A DNA stretch of 64,000 bases, from assembly GCA_009785335.1 (NCBI GenBank), contig WQWM01000005.1, positions 24,597-88,596 of the forward strand, written 5' to 3'. The stretch comes from Oscillospiraceae bacterium (GTDB taxonomy: Bacteria; Bacillota; Clostridia; Oscillospirales; Acutalibacteraceae). The notes under the pieces were generated by a model, which was not told the DNA's origin, did no database searches, and saw only the letters and a list, made by a program, of their open reading frames with translations. Each line of letters begins with the position of its first letter. Position 1 is the stretch's first letter. The translations under genes were made by a program, and so were the position numbers. Positions 52,525 to 61,804 of the stretch are shown here, one piece after another.

Positions 52525-54543
52525 ATGAAAACAATTGCATTGATAGGCAACCCCAACAGCGGCAAAACCACGCTGTTCAACGCGCTCACCGGTCAGCGGC
52601 AGTTTGTGGGCAACTGGCCGGGCGTGACCGTGCAGGTGAAACAGGGCAAACTGCGCGGGCAAAACGATATGCTGCTGCTAGACTTGCCCGGGATTTATTC
52701 ACTAACCCCGCTTGCGCCCGAAGAAACCGTGGCCTGTGATGCCTTGGTGAATCACCCGCCGGATGTTATTCTTAACATTGTGGATGGCACGAACTTGCAG
52801 CGCAATCTCTACCTGACCATGCAGTTGCTGGGGTTGGGTGTGCCTGTGATTGTAGCCGTGAATTGCGCGGATGTGTTGCGCAAACGCGGGGATATATTTT
52901 CGGCGGCGGTGCTTGCGCGCGAACTGGGCTGCCCTGTGGTGGAGATCAGCGCGCTGCGTGGTAGCGGACTGGATAAACTTGCAGGGGAATTGCGGGCGGA
53001 TTTGCATCTGCCCCTACAGGTGTTCAGACATGAAAGCATCGCCGCGACTTATGCCCAAATTGAACGCATCACCGCCCGGTGCATGCGTCAAAGCAGCAAG
53101 CCAAACATGACCGAGCGCATGGATAACATTGTGCTGAATCGGTGGCTTGCGTTGCCGCTGTTTGTGCTGGTGATGACGGGTGTGTACTATCTTGCGGCGG
53201 CGGGGCCGGGTGCGTGGCTGGGCGGCTGGGTAGAAGGTGCAATCGCCGCGCTGGGGCAGACGATGCCCAACACATGGCTCGGCTCGCTGGTGCAAGAGGG
53301 CGTGCTCGGCGGGGCGGGCATGCTGCTGGGTTTTGTGCCGCAGTTGATGATGGTATTTCTGTGTTTGAGTGTGCTGGAAGCCAGTGGATATCTATCTCGT
53401 GTGGCGTTTTTGCTGGATGCAGCACTGCGCAAATTCGGGCTTTCGGGCAAGTGCTTCATGCCCATGCTTCTCGCCACGGGTTGCAGCGTGCCCGCGATTT
53501 TAGCCACACGCGCCATTGATTGTCCACGCCAGCGTCGTGCGGTGGCTGCCACATGCAGCTTTCTGCCTTGCAGCGCAAAGTTGCCCATCATTGCGCTGAT
53601 GGCAAATGGCGTGTTCGGCGGTGCGTGGTGGCTTGCGCCGTTGATGTACTTCATCGGCGCGGCGGCGATGCTGTTTAGCGCGAGATGCGTTACTTTTTTT
53701 GAAAAAAAAGTAACCAAAAAAACGTTAGCCGCTTCGCGGGGGAATCTTTATGAACTGAGTAGGTATTGCCAAGGCCTCCCCTCCGGGGTCCCCGCAAATG
53801 CTTGCATTTGTGGGGTGGGTCATTGGGGGAGGAAAGCGCGTCGCAGACGTGCAGGTGGGGGTTGCAATCGTTTAGCCGCTTCGCGAGGGATATTTAATGA
53901 GTGTGCAAAAAGCAACTCTTATTCCTCTTCGTGGAGGGGGAGCGCCATCGCCTCGCCCGCGAGCCATAATAGAACACCGCGAAGCGAGGAGCCCCACCGC
54001 AGGTGGCCCCTCTGTGAGGAGGGGTGTCGCGCAGTGGCAGGGGGGAGTCATGACTTCATCTTAGAAATGCCGCAATATCGCTTGCCGAGCGGGCGGGATA
54101 TTGCGCGCAGTGCGTGGCGGCGCACGATGGAGTTTGTGAAAAAAGCCGGCAGCGTCATTGTGCTGTCCGGCGTGTTTGTGTGGCTGCTGGGTGGCGTGTT
54201 GCAGCCTGTGGGCGGCGCAATCGCTTGGCTGTTTGTGCCGCTTGGCTTTGGTTTTTGGCAAGCGGCCGTGGCGACATTAACAGCATTCGTCGCAAAAGAA
54301 AATGCCGTGGCCACGTTGGGCGTGTTGGGTGCGGCGGCGATGTTCAGCCCTGCCAGTGCGATGTCGTTTTTGCTATTTAATCTGCTGAGCATGCCTTGTG
54401 TGGCAGCGGTGGCGGCACTGCGGCGTGAGCTAGGTAGCACAAAGCGGACGTTGTTTGCTGTGGGCTGGCAGTTTGCGGTGGCGTATGTGGCGGCAGGTTG
54501 TGTTTATTGGGCGCTTGGAAATATGCACGTTTTTCCGCATTGA
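52525..54543 (+). CDS. feoB: ferrous iron transporter FeoB (carrying ~123 repeat-derived codons in frame)
   Basis: Start MKTIALIGNPNSGKTTLFNALTG (G1), DLPG (G3), NCAD (G4); polytopic C-domain; ..EMPQYRLP gate motif after the insertion. Confidence 0.85.
   Translation: MKTIALIGNPNSGKTTLFNALTGQRQFVGNWPGVTVQVKQGKLRGQNDMLLLDLPGIYSLTPLAPEETVACDALVNHPPDVILNIVDGTNLQRNLYLTMQLLGLGVPVIVAVNCADVLRKRGDIFSAAVLARELGCPVVEISALRGSGLDKLAGELRADLHLPLQVFRHESIAATYAQIERITARCMRQSSKPNMTERMDNIVLNRWLALPLFVLVMTGVYYLAAAGPGAWLGGWVEGAIAALGQTMPNTWLGSLVQEGVLGGAGMLLGFVPQLMMVFLCLSVLEASGYLSRVAFLLDAALRKFGLSGKCFMPMLLATGCSVPAILATRAIDCPRQRRAVAATCSFLPCSAKLPIIALMANGVFGGAWWLAPLMYFIGAAAMLFSARCVTFFEKKVTKKTLAASRGNLYELSRYCQGLPSGVPANACICGVGHWGRKARRRRAGGGCNRLAASRGIFNECAKSNSYSSSWRGSAIASPASHNRTPRSEEPHRRWPLCEEGCRAVAGGSHDFILEMPQYRLPSGRDIARSAWRRTMEFVKKAGSVIVLSGVFVWLLGGVLQPVGGAIAWLFVPLGFGFWQAAVATLTAFVAKENAVATLGVLGAAAMFSPASAMSFLLFNLLSMPCVAAVAALRRELGSTKRTLFAVGWQFAVAYVAAGCVYWALGNMHVFPH
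52992..53018. repeat. REP hairpin (one mismatch) in frame inside feoB
   Basis: GCGGGCGGATTTGCATCTGCCCCTACA encodes ..LRADLHLPLQ.. Confidence 0.8.
53685..54050. repeat. ~370-bp block of Fam-C/Fam-D/Fam-E repeat modules in frame inside feoB
   Basis: GTTAC-T7-G-A8-GTAAC palindrome, AGCCGCTTCGCGGGG, GGGGTCCCCGCAAATGCTTGCATTTGTGGGG, CCCACCGCAGGTGG etc., all intergenic repeat sequences elsewhere. Confidence 0.85.
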
Positions 54544-54568
54544 CAACAATGAAAATTTATGATATAAT
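54540..54568 (+). promoter_or_regulatory. promoter TTGACA-17-TATAAT for GPH-like transporter gene
   Basis: -35 overlaps feoB stop codon. Confidence 0.6.
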
Positions 54569-54627
54569 TGTAGAAGACTCTTGATGACCTAGCCAATAAA
54601 GCCCCGAAATAGAAAAGGAGACGCTGC

Positions 54628-56310
54628 ATGGACGATCGAGATTTATTGCCAGTAGAGGAATCAACTGTTGAAGTTGATCCGCGCTGGCACACGCGCACGG
54701 CAGATAAGTTTGCGCGAAAACTCAAGGTGAATGATGATGGCCGGGAGGAGCTACAGCAATTATTAACCAATCCCGTAGTGTGGGCTAGGGGCGAAGAATT
54801 GCCCGATGGCCACCTTGCCCCGTGGGAAAAACTCACCTTTGGGTTGGGCCATTTTTTTGCAATCGCTTCAGGCGGATTTGATCGCCGCGACCAGCTTTGG
54901 CGCTTTACCTTCAATGTCAATCCCAATTATATCACCATGAGTGGTTTTATTCTTTCTATCGTTGATGCCATCAATGACTTTTTCATTGGTCAGTTCATGG
55001 ATCGCCGCCCGTTTCAAGACAAAACTTACCGTAAAATCATACGTACTATGCATGTCATTGGTTCGTTCATGGGCCTTTTTTGGATGTTGGACATGGGCTT
55101 CACCCCCATTCAGCGTGTGGTAATGTTTACCATCGCGCAGGCACTTCTGGACGCAGCGAACACAGTTGCTGGCATATCGCGCCAAAAGTTCCTTGTTGGC
55201 ATTACGCCGTTTTCATCCGAGCGTTCTAAAATTTGGACGTGGCAAGAAACCGGCGGGCAATTCGGTTGGCCCATTGGCAACTTGCCCAGCTGGATCATGG
55301 GTTTTGCGCGCGATCGCCAAGTTTGGACAGACTATCGAATTTTCACGCGTGGATATATGATTACGTTGCCGCTTCGGCTGGCCAGCGGCATTGTGAACAC
55401 CTTTGCCCGCAACCGGGTTGATGTGTGGAAAAAAATGGAAGACGAGAGAGCGTTGCGGGCCAGCGAGGGCAAAGAAGAAGAAAAACTCAGCTTTTTGCAA
55501 ACGATGCGTGCAATCAGACACAATAAATTTCTGCTATATAATACAGTGCAAGGTTTTATCCGAATCTTTATTCCCGGCGTTGATGAATACCCGATTTATC
55601 GCTTCTTAGTGCCAGATGTTAACTTGTTTGGTCGACAATTTAGAGCCGAAACCATTCCCCCCGTACGAAACCAAATTTCCGGCACGCCAATGACGTTTAT
55701 GCTGCCCTTCATGGACACAATCGTTAAGCGAATGGGTGGTGCGCGCAGATTCCAGATTATTAGTAGCAGCATCATGTCTGGTGGATTTGTGGCGAAGTAT
55801 TTGATGGGTTACAATGGTGCTGCGGCGATTATCACCATTTTTGCGGTGGATATTTTCTCTCAAAACTTGGGCATGTTAACCGGTTTTTCCAATCGAATCA
55901 TGGAGTTTGAATTCCTAGACTATGTGGAATATAAAACCGGCCAGCGCACCGAAGGGCTGAACACGACCTTCCACGCATTTGTTAACACGGTAATCAAACG
56001 AAACATTGGCAGCTTCACCGACAACTTCTTTCAGGCTTGGACGCAAATCTATCAGATTGACGTGATGGACCCAAATGCTGTGGCACCCGAGCGTTTTCGT
56101 CGCTGGGCTTGGTTGCTGTTTACGCTGGCCCCGGCTTTCGATAATCTGATGACCGTCATCAATCGCTCGTTGCTGAAATATGACCCGAAAGACCGAATCA
56201 TCATTGAAGCAGAGCTTAAGCGTCGTCGCGATCTAGTGGAGCAAGCCAAGCAAGAGCTGAATGCAACACAAGAACAAGAAGAAACTGTGTCCACCGGCGT
56301 GGATAAGTAG
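54628..56310 (+). CDS. MFS transporter, glycoside-pentoside-hexuronide (GPH)-like
   Basis: 560 aa; DAINDFFIGQFMDRRP matches the GPH D..DP..G...DR loop; 12 hydrophobic segments; long N- and C-terminal tails. Confidence 0.65.
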   Translation: MDDRDLLPVEESTVEVDPRWHTRTADKFARKLKVNDDGREELQQLLTNPVVWARGEELPDGHLAPWEKLTFGLGHFFAIASGGFDRRDQLWRFTFNVNPNYITMSGFILSIVDAINDFFIGQFMDRRPFQDKTYRKIIRTMHVIGSFMGLFWMLDMGFTPIQRVVMFTIAQALLDAANTVAGISRQKFLVGITPFSSERSKIWTWQETGGQFGWPIGNLPSWIMGFARDRQVWTDYRIFTRGYMITLPLRLASGIVNTFARNRVDVWKKMEDERALRASEGKEEEKLSFLQTMRAIRHNKFLLYNTVQGFIRIFIPGVDEYPIYRFLVPDVNLFGRQFRAETIPPVRNQISGTPMTFMLPFMDTIVKRMGGARRFQIISSSIMSGGFVAKYLMGYNGAAAIITIFAVDIFSQNLGMLTGFSNRIMEFEFLDYVEYKTGQRTEGLNTTFHAFVNTVIKRNIGSFTDNFFQAWTQIYQIDVMDPNAVAPERFRRWAWLLFTLAPAFDNLMTVINRSLLKYDPKDRIIIEAELKRRRDLVEQAKQELNATQEQEETVSTGVDK

Positions 56311-56320
56311 AATAAGCCCA

Positions 56321-56350
56321 AAAAAGCCACCCGCTTTGGGTGGCTTTCTT
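56321..56350. terminator. bidirectional terminator between convergent transporter and XRE genes
   Basis: A5-GCCACCC-GCTTT-GGGTGGC-T3. Confidence 0.7.
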
Positions 56351-56363
56351 TGAACTTGCAGGT

Positions 56364-57038
56364 TTAATGCTCCGCTGGTCTACTGTCAATAATATACTCA
56401 ACATGGCCCTTGTTTTCCGCAAAGCCGATGGATTCCATCAACTTGTTCTCTTTGCCGCTGACTGCCGTGTAGCTGATGAAATAGATGCCGAGTTTGTTCA
56501 ACTCCTCAACGGCCATCACCCCCATTTGTTTGGCGATACCATAGGGGTCATTTTCAATTACGCCGCCGCATTCGTAGCGATTGTCCACCTGCAAGTCAAG
56601 CGCGAGGTAAAAGATAGAGATGATTGCGTCCAGTCCATCGTGCAGTACGGTTAATAGACCAACCAACTCGCTGCCAATGAATGCGCCGATCATGAGATCT
56701 GCATGCGCAAGCGGCTTGGCAGCGATTTGTTTGTCATAACATTGCGCTTCATATAGCCCGTTGCGCGCGTAAAACCGCCAAAGCTGGTCGATAGAGATGT
56801 TGGAATTAATTCGCAGCTTAACGTCATCTGGGTTCAGCTTTGCCTTGAACAGTTTGTTGATGGACACGCCGAAATATTCCGCGATGGATGGGATGAGTTG
56901 TAGGTCTGGCGCGGTGATATTGTTCTCCCATTTGCTAACGGATTGATAGGTGATGCCGAGGTGCTCAGCAAGCTGCTCTTGTGTCACGCCTTTTTCGGCG
57001 CGAAGCTGCTTAATGTTTTCGCCGATGTTAAATGTCAT
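56364..57038 (-). CDS. XRE-family HTH regulator with C-terminal acetyltransferase-like domain
   Basis: Start MTFNIGENIKQLRAEKGVTQEQLAEHLGITYQSVSKWE after AGGAGGAA SD; C-domain assignment is inference. Confidence 0.7.
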   Translation of the reverse strand: MTFNIGENIKQLRAEKGVTQEQLAEHLGITYQSVSKWENNITAPDLQLIPSIAEYFGVSINKLFKAKLNPDDVKLRINSNISIDQLWRFYARNGLYEAQCYDKQIAAKPLAHADLMIGAFIGSELVGLLTVLHDGLDAIISIFYLALDLQVDNRYECGGVIENDPYGIAKQMGVMAVEELNKLGIYFISYTAVSGKENKLMESIGFAENKGHVEYIIDSRPAEH

Positions 57039-57174
57039 GGATGGGTTCCTCCTTGTGTGTTTTCGCATCGCGCGATGCAAGTTCTATTTTACAGCTTCGG
57101 AGCACGGCTTGCAATAACGCATTCGGTGACCTCAACTAACGCAACACGTGCAGACCAAGCAGCCTGCACGTGTT

Positions 57175-57705
57175 TTATTGCGCCAGTTCTGCCAGAAATC
57201 GCTTTACCGCACGTCGCCCTCTAAGGTGAATCCCCTGCTTGGGCGGCGGCAGTTCGCTCATCCATGCCAAGATGCGGCGGCGTTTGCGCTTGGGCCAACT
57301 CCAAATATAGCAGAGGAATGATAGGTCGATTTTCTCGTGGCAGCCTTCGGTCATGTCGGGCCGTGTTTTGCCGTAATATTTCGCCCAGCGTTTGAGCACG
57401 CCAAACAAACAGGTGAAGCGATTGATGTCGAGGAAAATCACGGTGTCGGCTTGGTCAAGCTGTTTGCTGCCGTCGAATATCCACGCGGGTTGCTCGGCGG
57501 CGGCTTGGATGGCTTGGTCGCGGTCGGGATTCAACACCCAGCCGGGCTGCCAATATAGGGTGTCGATGTGCACCACGGGCAAGTCGAGGTGCTCGTCTAA
57601 TGTGCGGGCGAGTGTGCTTTTTCCGCTGCCGCTGTTGCCCATGATGAGGATGCGGCACCTGCGATGCAGCGCCGTCGCTTCGCTGTGCCCTATCCTAGTT
57701 GACAT
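57175..57705 (-). CDS. P-loop NTPase/kinase (topology-modulation FlaR-like), copy 1
   Basis: Walker A GNSGSGKST; start ATG after GGAGAG SD; first ~17 codons lie in a Fam-D repeat. Confidence 0.7.
   Translation of the reverse strand: MSTRIGHSEATALHRRCRILIMGNSGSGKSTLARTLDEHLDLPVVHIDTLYWQPGWVLNPDRDQAIQAAAEQPAWIFDGSKQLDQADTVIFLDINRFTCLFGVLKRWAKYYGKTRPDMTEGCHEKIDLSFLCYIWSWPKRKRRRILAWMSELPPPKQGIHLRGRRAVKRFLAELAQ
57645..57700. repeat. Fam-D module inside the 5' coding end of P-loop kinase copy 1
   Basis: CACCTGCGATGCAGCGCCGTCGCTTCGCTGTGCCCTAT. Confidence 0.7.
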
Positions 57706-57762
57706 GTCAATCACTCTCCGCCGATAGATTTAACTGTACACAGAACAAACCCCGCCTCGAAT

Positions 57763-58401
57763 TTACTGCGGGTTCGCTGCCCGAAACGCTGAATACGACG
57801 CGTAAGGCTCGTTCGTTTGCAGCCATTCTTCCAACCACATTCTTGCGCTTCTGTGTCTCGCTGGGTCAAGGCTGTAAAAGTCATTTATGCGCTCAAGGTT
57901 GAAAGTGAAAAGTAAGTATGGGTTGGGCAGCATAACGCTTTCATGTACCATTTCGTAGCCCAGCGTTTGAAAATGCAAATACTCTGCTTGAGCTGCTTGA
58001 TAAAAATCAGCAAACGAAACATCAAAATGTTTAATTAGGCTAAAAGTAAGCGGTTCATTTAATTCGTATCCACCAGGAAACCCACGTGTAAACTCACCCA
58101 TCTCTTCCCTTGAAGCGAGATTAATAAATGGTGACGATAATCTATAAAATCCCTCTTTGAACTGGCGTTCGAATCCCAGCCCGAGATCATCGCCCCTTTC
58201 AACAATATATTCATCTGGAAAACTTAGCTGTACATCATCCACATTGACTGTAGTGGTTTGGGTTGTTGTAATTTCAATTTGATGAACTATGGTTGTCGTG
58301 ATTTCGATTTCCGTCGCATTATAAAATTCAGAACTGCTACATCCAGCCAAAATAGCGAAAATAAACGCACCTAGAAAACAAATAATTAATTTTCTTAACA
58401 T
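57763..58401 (-). CDS. lipoprotein, unknown function (212 aa)
   Basis: Lipobox FAILAGC; AT-rich relative to neighbours by eye. Confidence 0.6.
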   Translation of the reverse strand: MLRKLIICFLGAFIFAILAGCSSSEFYNATEIEITTTIVHQIEITTTQTTTVNVDDVQLSFPDEYIVERGDDLGLGFERQFKEGFYRLSSPFINLASREEMGEFTRGFPGGYELNEPLTFSLIKHFDVSFADFYQAAQAEYLHFQTLGYEMVHESVMLPNPYLLFTFNLERINDFYSLDPARHRSARMWLEEWLQTNEPYASYSAFRAANPQ

Positions 58402-58458
58402 AATTTTCCTCTCTAAGGCATCCACCATTGGTTATTGCTTGCGGTAAAGAACGCAGTA

Positions 58459-58998
58459 TCAAAATCCGGGTTGAACATCTAGATTTAGCTGTGCCAAAAA
58501 CGCCTTCACCTCGCGCCTGTTTTTGAGGATAATCACGCGCTTGTGGGGCGCAAGGCTTGCCAGCCAAACGAGCTTGTCGTTATATTTGGGCTTTCGGGGT
58601 GCAAGCCACAAAAAGCGCAAGAAAAACAAATTGAGTTTCTCGTGGCAGCCCTCTGTCATACATGGGCGAGGTTTGTTGCAATGCGTCACGCAGCGTTTGA
58701 GCACGCGCCACACACGGATGCCGCGCCCCAAGTCCAAAAAAATCACGGTATCTGCTCGCGCAGCGCGTGCGTCGCGCGTGGCTTTGTTGTAGCCCTCAAA
58801 CACCCATGCGGGCTCGGCAATCATGGCGGCGTGCATGGCATAGACCTCGTCAAGCGGGCGTTCCACCCAGTTGGGCATCCACCAAATTGTATCCCAGTGC
58901 ACCACAGGCAGGTTGAGGCACTCGCCCAACTGCCGAGCGAGTGTGCTCTTGCCGCTGCCGCTATAGCCCATAATCATGATGCGTTGGCCGAGGTGCAT
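58459..58998 (-). CDS. P-loop NTPase/kinase (FlaR-like), copy 2
   Basis: Start MHLGQRIMIMGYSGSGKSTLA; paralogue of 57175 ORF (TEGCHEK.., VIFLD shared). Confidence 0.7.
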   Translation of the reverse strand: MHLGQRIMIMGYSGSGKSTLARQLGECLNLPVVHWDTIWWMPNWVERPLDEVYAMHAAMIAEPAWVFEGYNKATRDARAARADTVIFLDLGRGIRVWRVLKRCVTHCNKPRPCMTEGCHEKLNLFFLRFLWLAPRKPKYNDKLVWLASLAPHKRVIILKNRREVKAFLAQLNLDVQPGF

Positions 58999-59032
58999 GA
59001 TGTTGTTCCTTTCGGGATTCGTGTGTAGGTTC

Positions 59033-59096
59033 GGCAATCTGCCGCCCGTGCTAAAATTTTCCGGGCGGCTACTAGCCGCCCCTACACGCGGGGGTC
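59033..59096. repeat. REP doublet (one degenerate)
   Basis: CCGGGCGGCTACTAGCCGCCCCTACA. Confidence 0.75.
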
Positions 59097-59123
59097 GCGG
59101 GTTGCAGAGTTTCGCATCTCGAA

Positions 59124-59810
59124 TCACACAACCAACTTCGGCACAAACCCCAGCGCATCGGCCGAAACAATGTCGTAGCGCGTGCCGTTGCGCTCGCCCA
59201 CGAAAGCTCGCTTGGCTGCGCTGCCGTGCAGGTGACCGTAATAACACCTTGCAACGCCCTCTTCTTGCAACACGCTGTCGATTTCCTCGCACACGCGGTC
59301 TTGCGTGATGGGGGGATAGTGCAAAAACACACACAGATTATCGCTAAGTTTTTTGCCCGCTTGAATGGACGTGCGCAGCCGACCTGCCTCGCGTGCGAGC
59401 ACTTTGGCGTCGTGCGGCTCATCGCTGTCGAAAAACCAGCCGCGGCTGCCGCAAATGGCCATGCCCTCGGCTGCGATGGCGTTGTTGTGCAGCAGCACCA
59501 GGCTGGTGAGCCCATGCGCTGCCCAGAGGTCTTCAATTTTGCGACGGGTGCAAAACCAGTAGTCATGGTTGCCCTTCATGATCACTTTTGTGCGGCCGGG
59601 CAGGTTGTGCAGAAACTGAAAGTCTGGCAGGGCTTGTTCAAGCGTCATGCCCCAGCTGATGTCGCCCGGCAGCACGATGGTGTCGTCGTCACGTACGAGC
59701 TTGCGCCAGTTGGCCTCAAGACGCTGGGCATGGTTATCCCAACCGGGGAAGATATCCATCGGCTTTGCGGTGCCAAAGGAGAGATGGGTGTCGGCGATGG
59801 TGTAAATCAT
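59124..59810 (-). CDS. metallophosphoesterase
   Basis: Start MIYTIADTHLSFG; GDISWG, GNHDYW, GHLH motifs. Confidence 0.8.
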   Translation of the reverse strand: MIYTIADTHLSFGTAKPMDIFPGWDNHAQRLEANWRKLVRDDDTIVLPGDISWGMTLEQALPDFQFLHNLPGRTKVIMKGNHDYWFCTRRKIEDLWAAHGLTSLVLLHNNAIAAEGMAICGSRGWFFDSDEPHDAKVLAREAGRLRTSIQAGKKLSDNLCVFLHYPPITQDRVCEEIDSVLQEEGVARCYYGHLHGSAAKRAFVGERNGTRYDIVSADALGFVPKLVV

Positions 59811-59811
59811 G

Positions 59812-60138
59812 TTAGCGAGCCACCAGCCGCCAGATGATTTCAATCGGGAGCCAAAGCGGCAGCAAAAGTACGAGAGCAAGAATCAGCACAGCAGAGAGAA
59901 ACAGATCCAATATATTGAACAACCAGTTCGGCAACGTGCTCACCATCCAATCGATAATGGGTCGCAAAAATTCGAGAAAACGCTCCATTGGACTTGGGCT
60001 GCGCGAATCCACCGTCGGACTTTGATAAAGCCCGTGCTGTGCAGTTGCTGCCGCAGGGGCTTGCTGCGCGCTCGCAGCCACGGCAAACACGCCACCCAAC
60101 AGCAGCACTGCCAAAACAATGCTAAGACATTTCTTCAT
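59812..60138 (-). CDS. small secreted/anchored protein (108 aa)
   Basis: Start MKKCLSIVLAVLLLGGVFAVAASA; C-terminal hydrophobic W/L-rich segment. Confidence 0.55.
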   Translation of the reverse strand: MKKCLSIVLAVLLLGGVFAVAASAQQAPAAATAQHGLYQSPTVDSRSPSPMERFLEFLRPIIDWMVSTLPNWLFNILDLFLSAVLILALVLLLPLWLPIEIIWRLVAR

Positions 60139-60232
60139 ATTAAACAGACCTCTCTTCAGCTTGATATGCTTATTATAGCACAAATTTTGTGCCAATGCAA
60201 GTTACAATGTTGTAACTATTTGCAAATTTTGC

Positions 60233-60261
60233 TTGACGGCGTGACGATTATGTGTTATACT
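60233..60261 (+). promoter_or_regulatory. promoter TTGACG-17-TATACT for 60339 ORF
   Basis: Hexamers read directly. Confidence 0.5.
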
Positions 60262-60338
60262 TATGACGGTTGTATGAAACTGAGTTTGATGGCCGCAGCC
60301 TTCAAGCCGCAAACACATAGATTAAAAGGAGAAACCAC

Positions 60339-60704
60339 ATGAAAAAACTGCTTGCGATACTCTTGGCGCTCAGCCTGCTGGCGAGCATCGGCATGGTGGC
60401 GGCAATGGCCAACTACCACGGTGTGCTTTGCGATTGCGACTATAATGTCGATGGCATGCTTTGCGAATGCGACCCTTGGCCGAATCCGGACCCAGACCCC
60501 AACAACCACGACCCGGGCCGCCAACCAGAACTGACCGTGGGCTGGTGGCGTGCAATTTTTGATGCCATCACGGACCCGCTGGGCACCGTGCGTGATGTCT
60601 CGTACACCGTGCGCGACTTTATTGTGTATACGATTCCCACCATACAGGATGTGTTCCGTTTTATTGGCAATGCCTTTGCTTGGATTGGCGGCCTGTTTAG
60701 CTAA
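60339..60704 (+). CDS. secreted Cys-rich protein, paralogue of cassette 2/3 proteins (121 aa)
   Basis: MKKLLAILLALSLLASIGMVAAMA; GVLCDCDYNVDGMLCECDPWP; W-rich box TVGWWRAIF; promoter TTGACG-17-TATACT. Confidence 0.65.
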   Translation: MKKLLAILLALSLLASIGMVAAMANYHGVLCDCDYNVDGMLCECDPWPNPDPDPNNHDPGRQPELTVGWWRAIFDAITDPLGTVRDVSYTVRDFIVYTIPTIQDVFRFIGNAFAWIGGLFS

Positions 60705-60783
60705 ACAACTGTTGCGATGCCCCCTCGTTTGAGGTGGGCATTTTTGGCTTGGGATGTTGCGCTAGACAAAGGGAGGGCTTTGT

Positions 60784-61770
60784 ATGAGGAAACTAGTGGC
60801 CATGCTGCTGGTGGTTTTGCTGCTGGCGGGTTTTGCGTTGGTCGTGCAAGCTGCACAAGAGGATGAGTTTGCTGCGGTGATTGCTGCGGTGCATGCCTTC
60901 AATCAAACACATGGCGGACAAGGGGAGTTGCAGGCAGAAATTCAGGGTTTTCCCGACTTCGCTTGGGTTGCGATTACTGGTGATGTGACCAGTGCCACGC
61001 GGGGCATTCAGCTGCCTCATGCACGTATTCGCTGGCAGGCTCGCCTGCACGGCAACTCGGCTGCTGGCGAAGCATTGATCACGGCGTACAATCTTGAGAT
61101 TGCACAAGGAGCTGATATTCTCACAAACGGCATTGCCGTACGTATGCTTGAGAATGAAACTTACGGTAGGTTAACGATGTGGGACGGCAAAATAGTTGGC
61201 GACATATACTCTGACCGTTGGATTTTGGCGCAAGGTGGCAATATTGCTGGCAGTTTGTTTGGTGGCCGCAGTGTGACGATTACAGGTGACGCAGTGGTGA
61301 ATGCTTATCAGGTTGTATTGTTTCGGGGTAGTTTTGAGGTGGAAGATAACGCGACTGTCTACATAGAAAATGTTGACGCGTTGCGCAACCGGCAAGTTTT
61401 GATTAAGCCGACTGCCACCACAAATTTTGAAGACCGCTTAACGGATTATATTCGCGCAGAAATTTTGGGCAATGCTGGTTGGATCCAATGGGTGACCAAA
61501 ACAATTGTGGGTAATGTGATCATCGAAGGGAACCAGCGGGTTGGTCCAACCACATTGGTTATTCCGGCCGATTCGTCGTTAGTTATTACTGGGAATCTTT
61601 ATCTTTACGGCGACGGCACGTTGGTGCTTGATGGCACGTTGCATGTTCAAGGTCGCGTGGTTTGGCGCGGATTAGCTAACGTTTCCGGTTCACGCTTATG
61701 GCAGTTGCAACCCGCATGGATACAATTCATCTTGCGATGGATATTCTTCGGCTGGATTTGGATGAGTTAG
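60784..61770 (+). CDS. secreted protein, possibly beta-helical, W-rich hydrophobic C-terminus (328 aa)
   Basis: Signal peptide MRKLVAMLLVVLLLAGFALVVQA; C-terminus WIQFILRWIFFGWIWMS. Confidence 0.55.
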   Translation: MRKLVAMLLVVLLLAGFALVVQAAQEDEFAAVIAAVHAFNQTHGGQGELQAEIQGFPDFAWVAITGDVTSATRGIQLPHARIRWQARLHGNSAAGEALITAYNLEIAQGADILTNGIAVRMLENETYGRLTMWDGKIVGDIYSDRWILAQGGNIAGSLFGGRSVTITGDAVVNAYQVVLFRGSFEVEDNATVYIENVDALRNRQVLIKPTATTNFEDRLTDYIRAEILGNAGWIQWVTKTIVGNVIIEGNQRVGPTTLVIPADSSLVITGNLYLYGDGTLVLDGTLHVQGRVVWRGLANVSGSRLWQLQPAWIQFILRWIFFGWIWMS

Positions 61771-61804
61771 TCGGATGGATATGCGACGATAGAAAGACTT
61801 TGTT

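Noticed and set aside
51986-52589. Minus-strand ORFs (161 aa, 195 aa) over the Thr-rich repeat
   Set aside because: They are antisense frames of the TTE-repeat stalk (V/S-rich or C/R-rich) and have no start context.
52525-54543. Calling feoB a pseudogene because of the repeat insertion
   Set aside because: The reading frame is uninterrupted across the whole insertion, and all G-domain and gate motifs are intact. I reported it as an intact CDS with a flagged insertion; function needs experimental testing.
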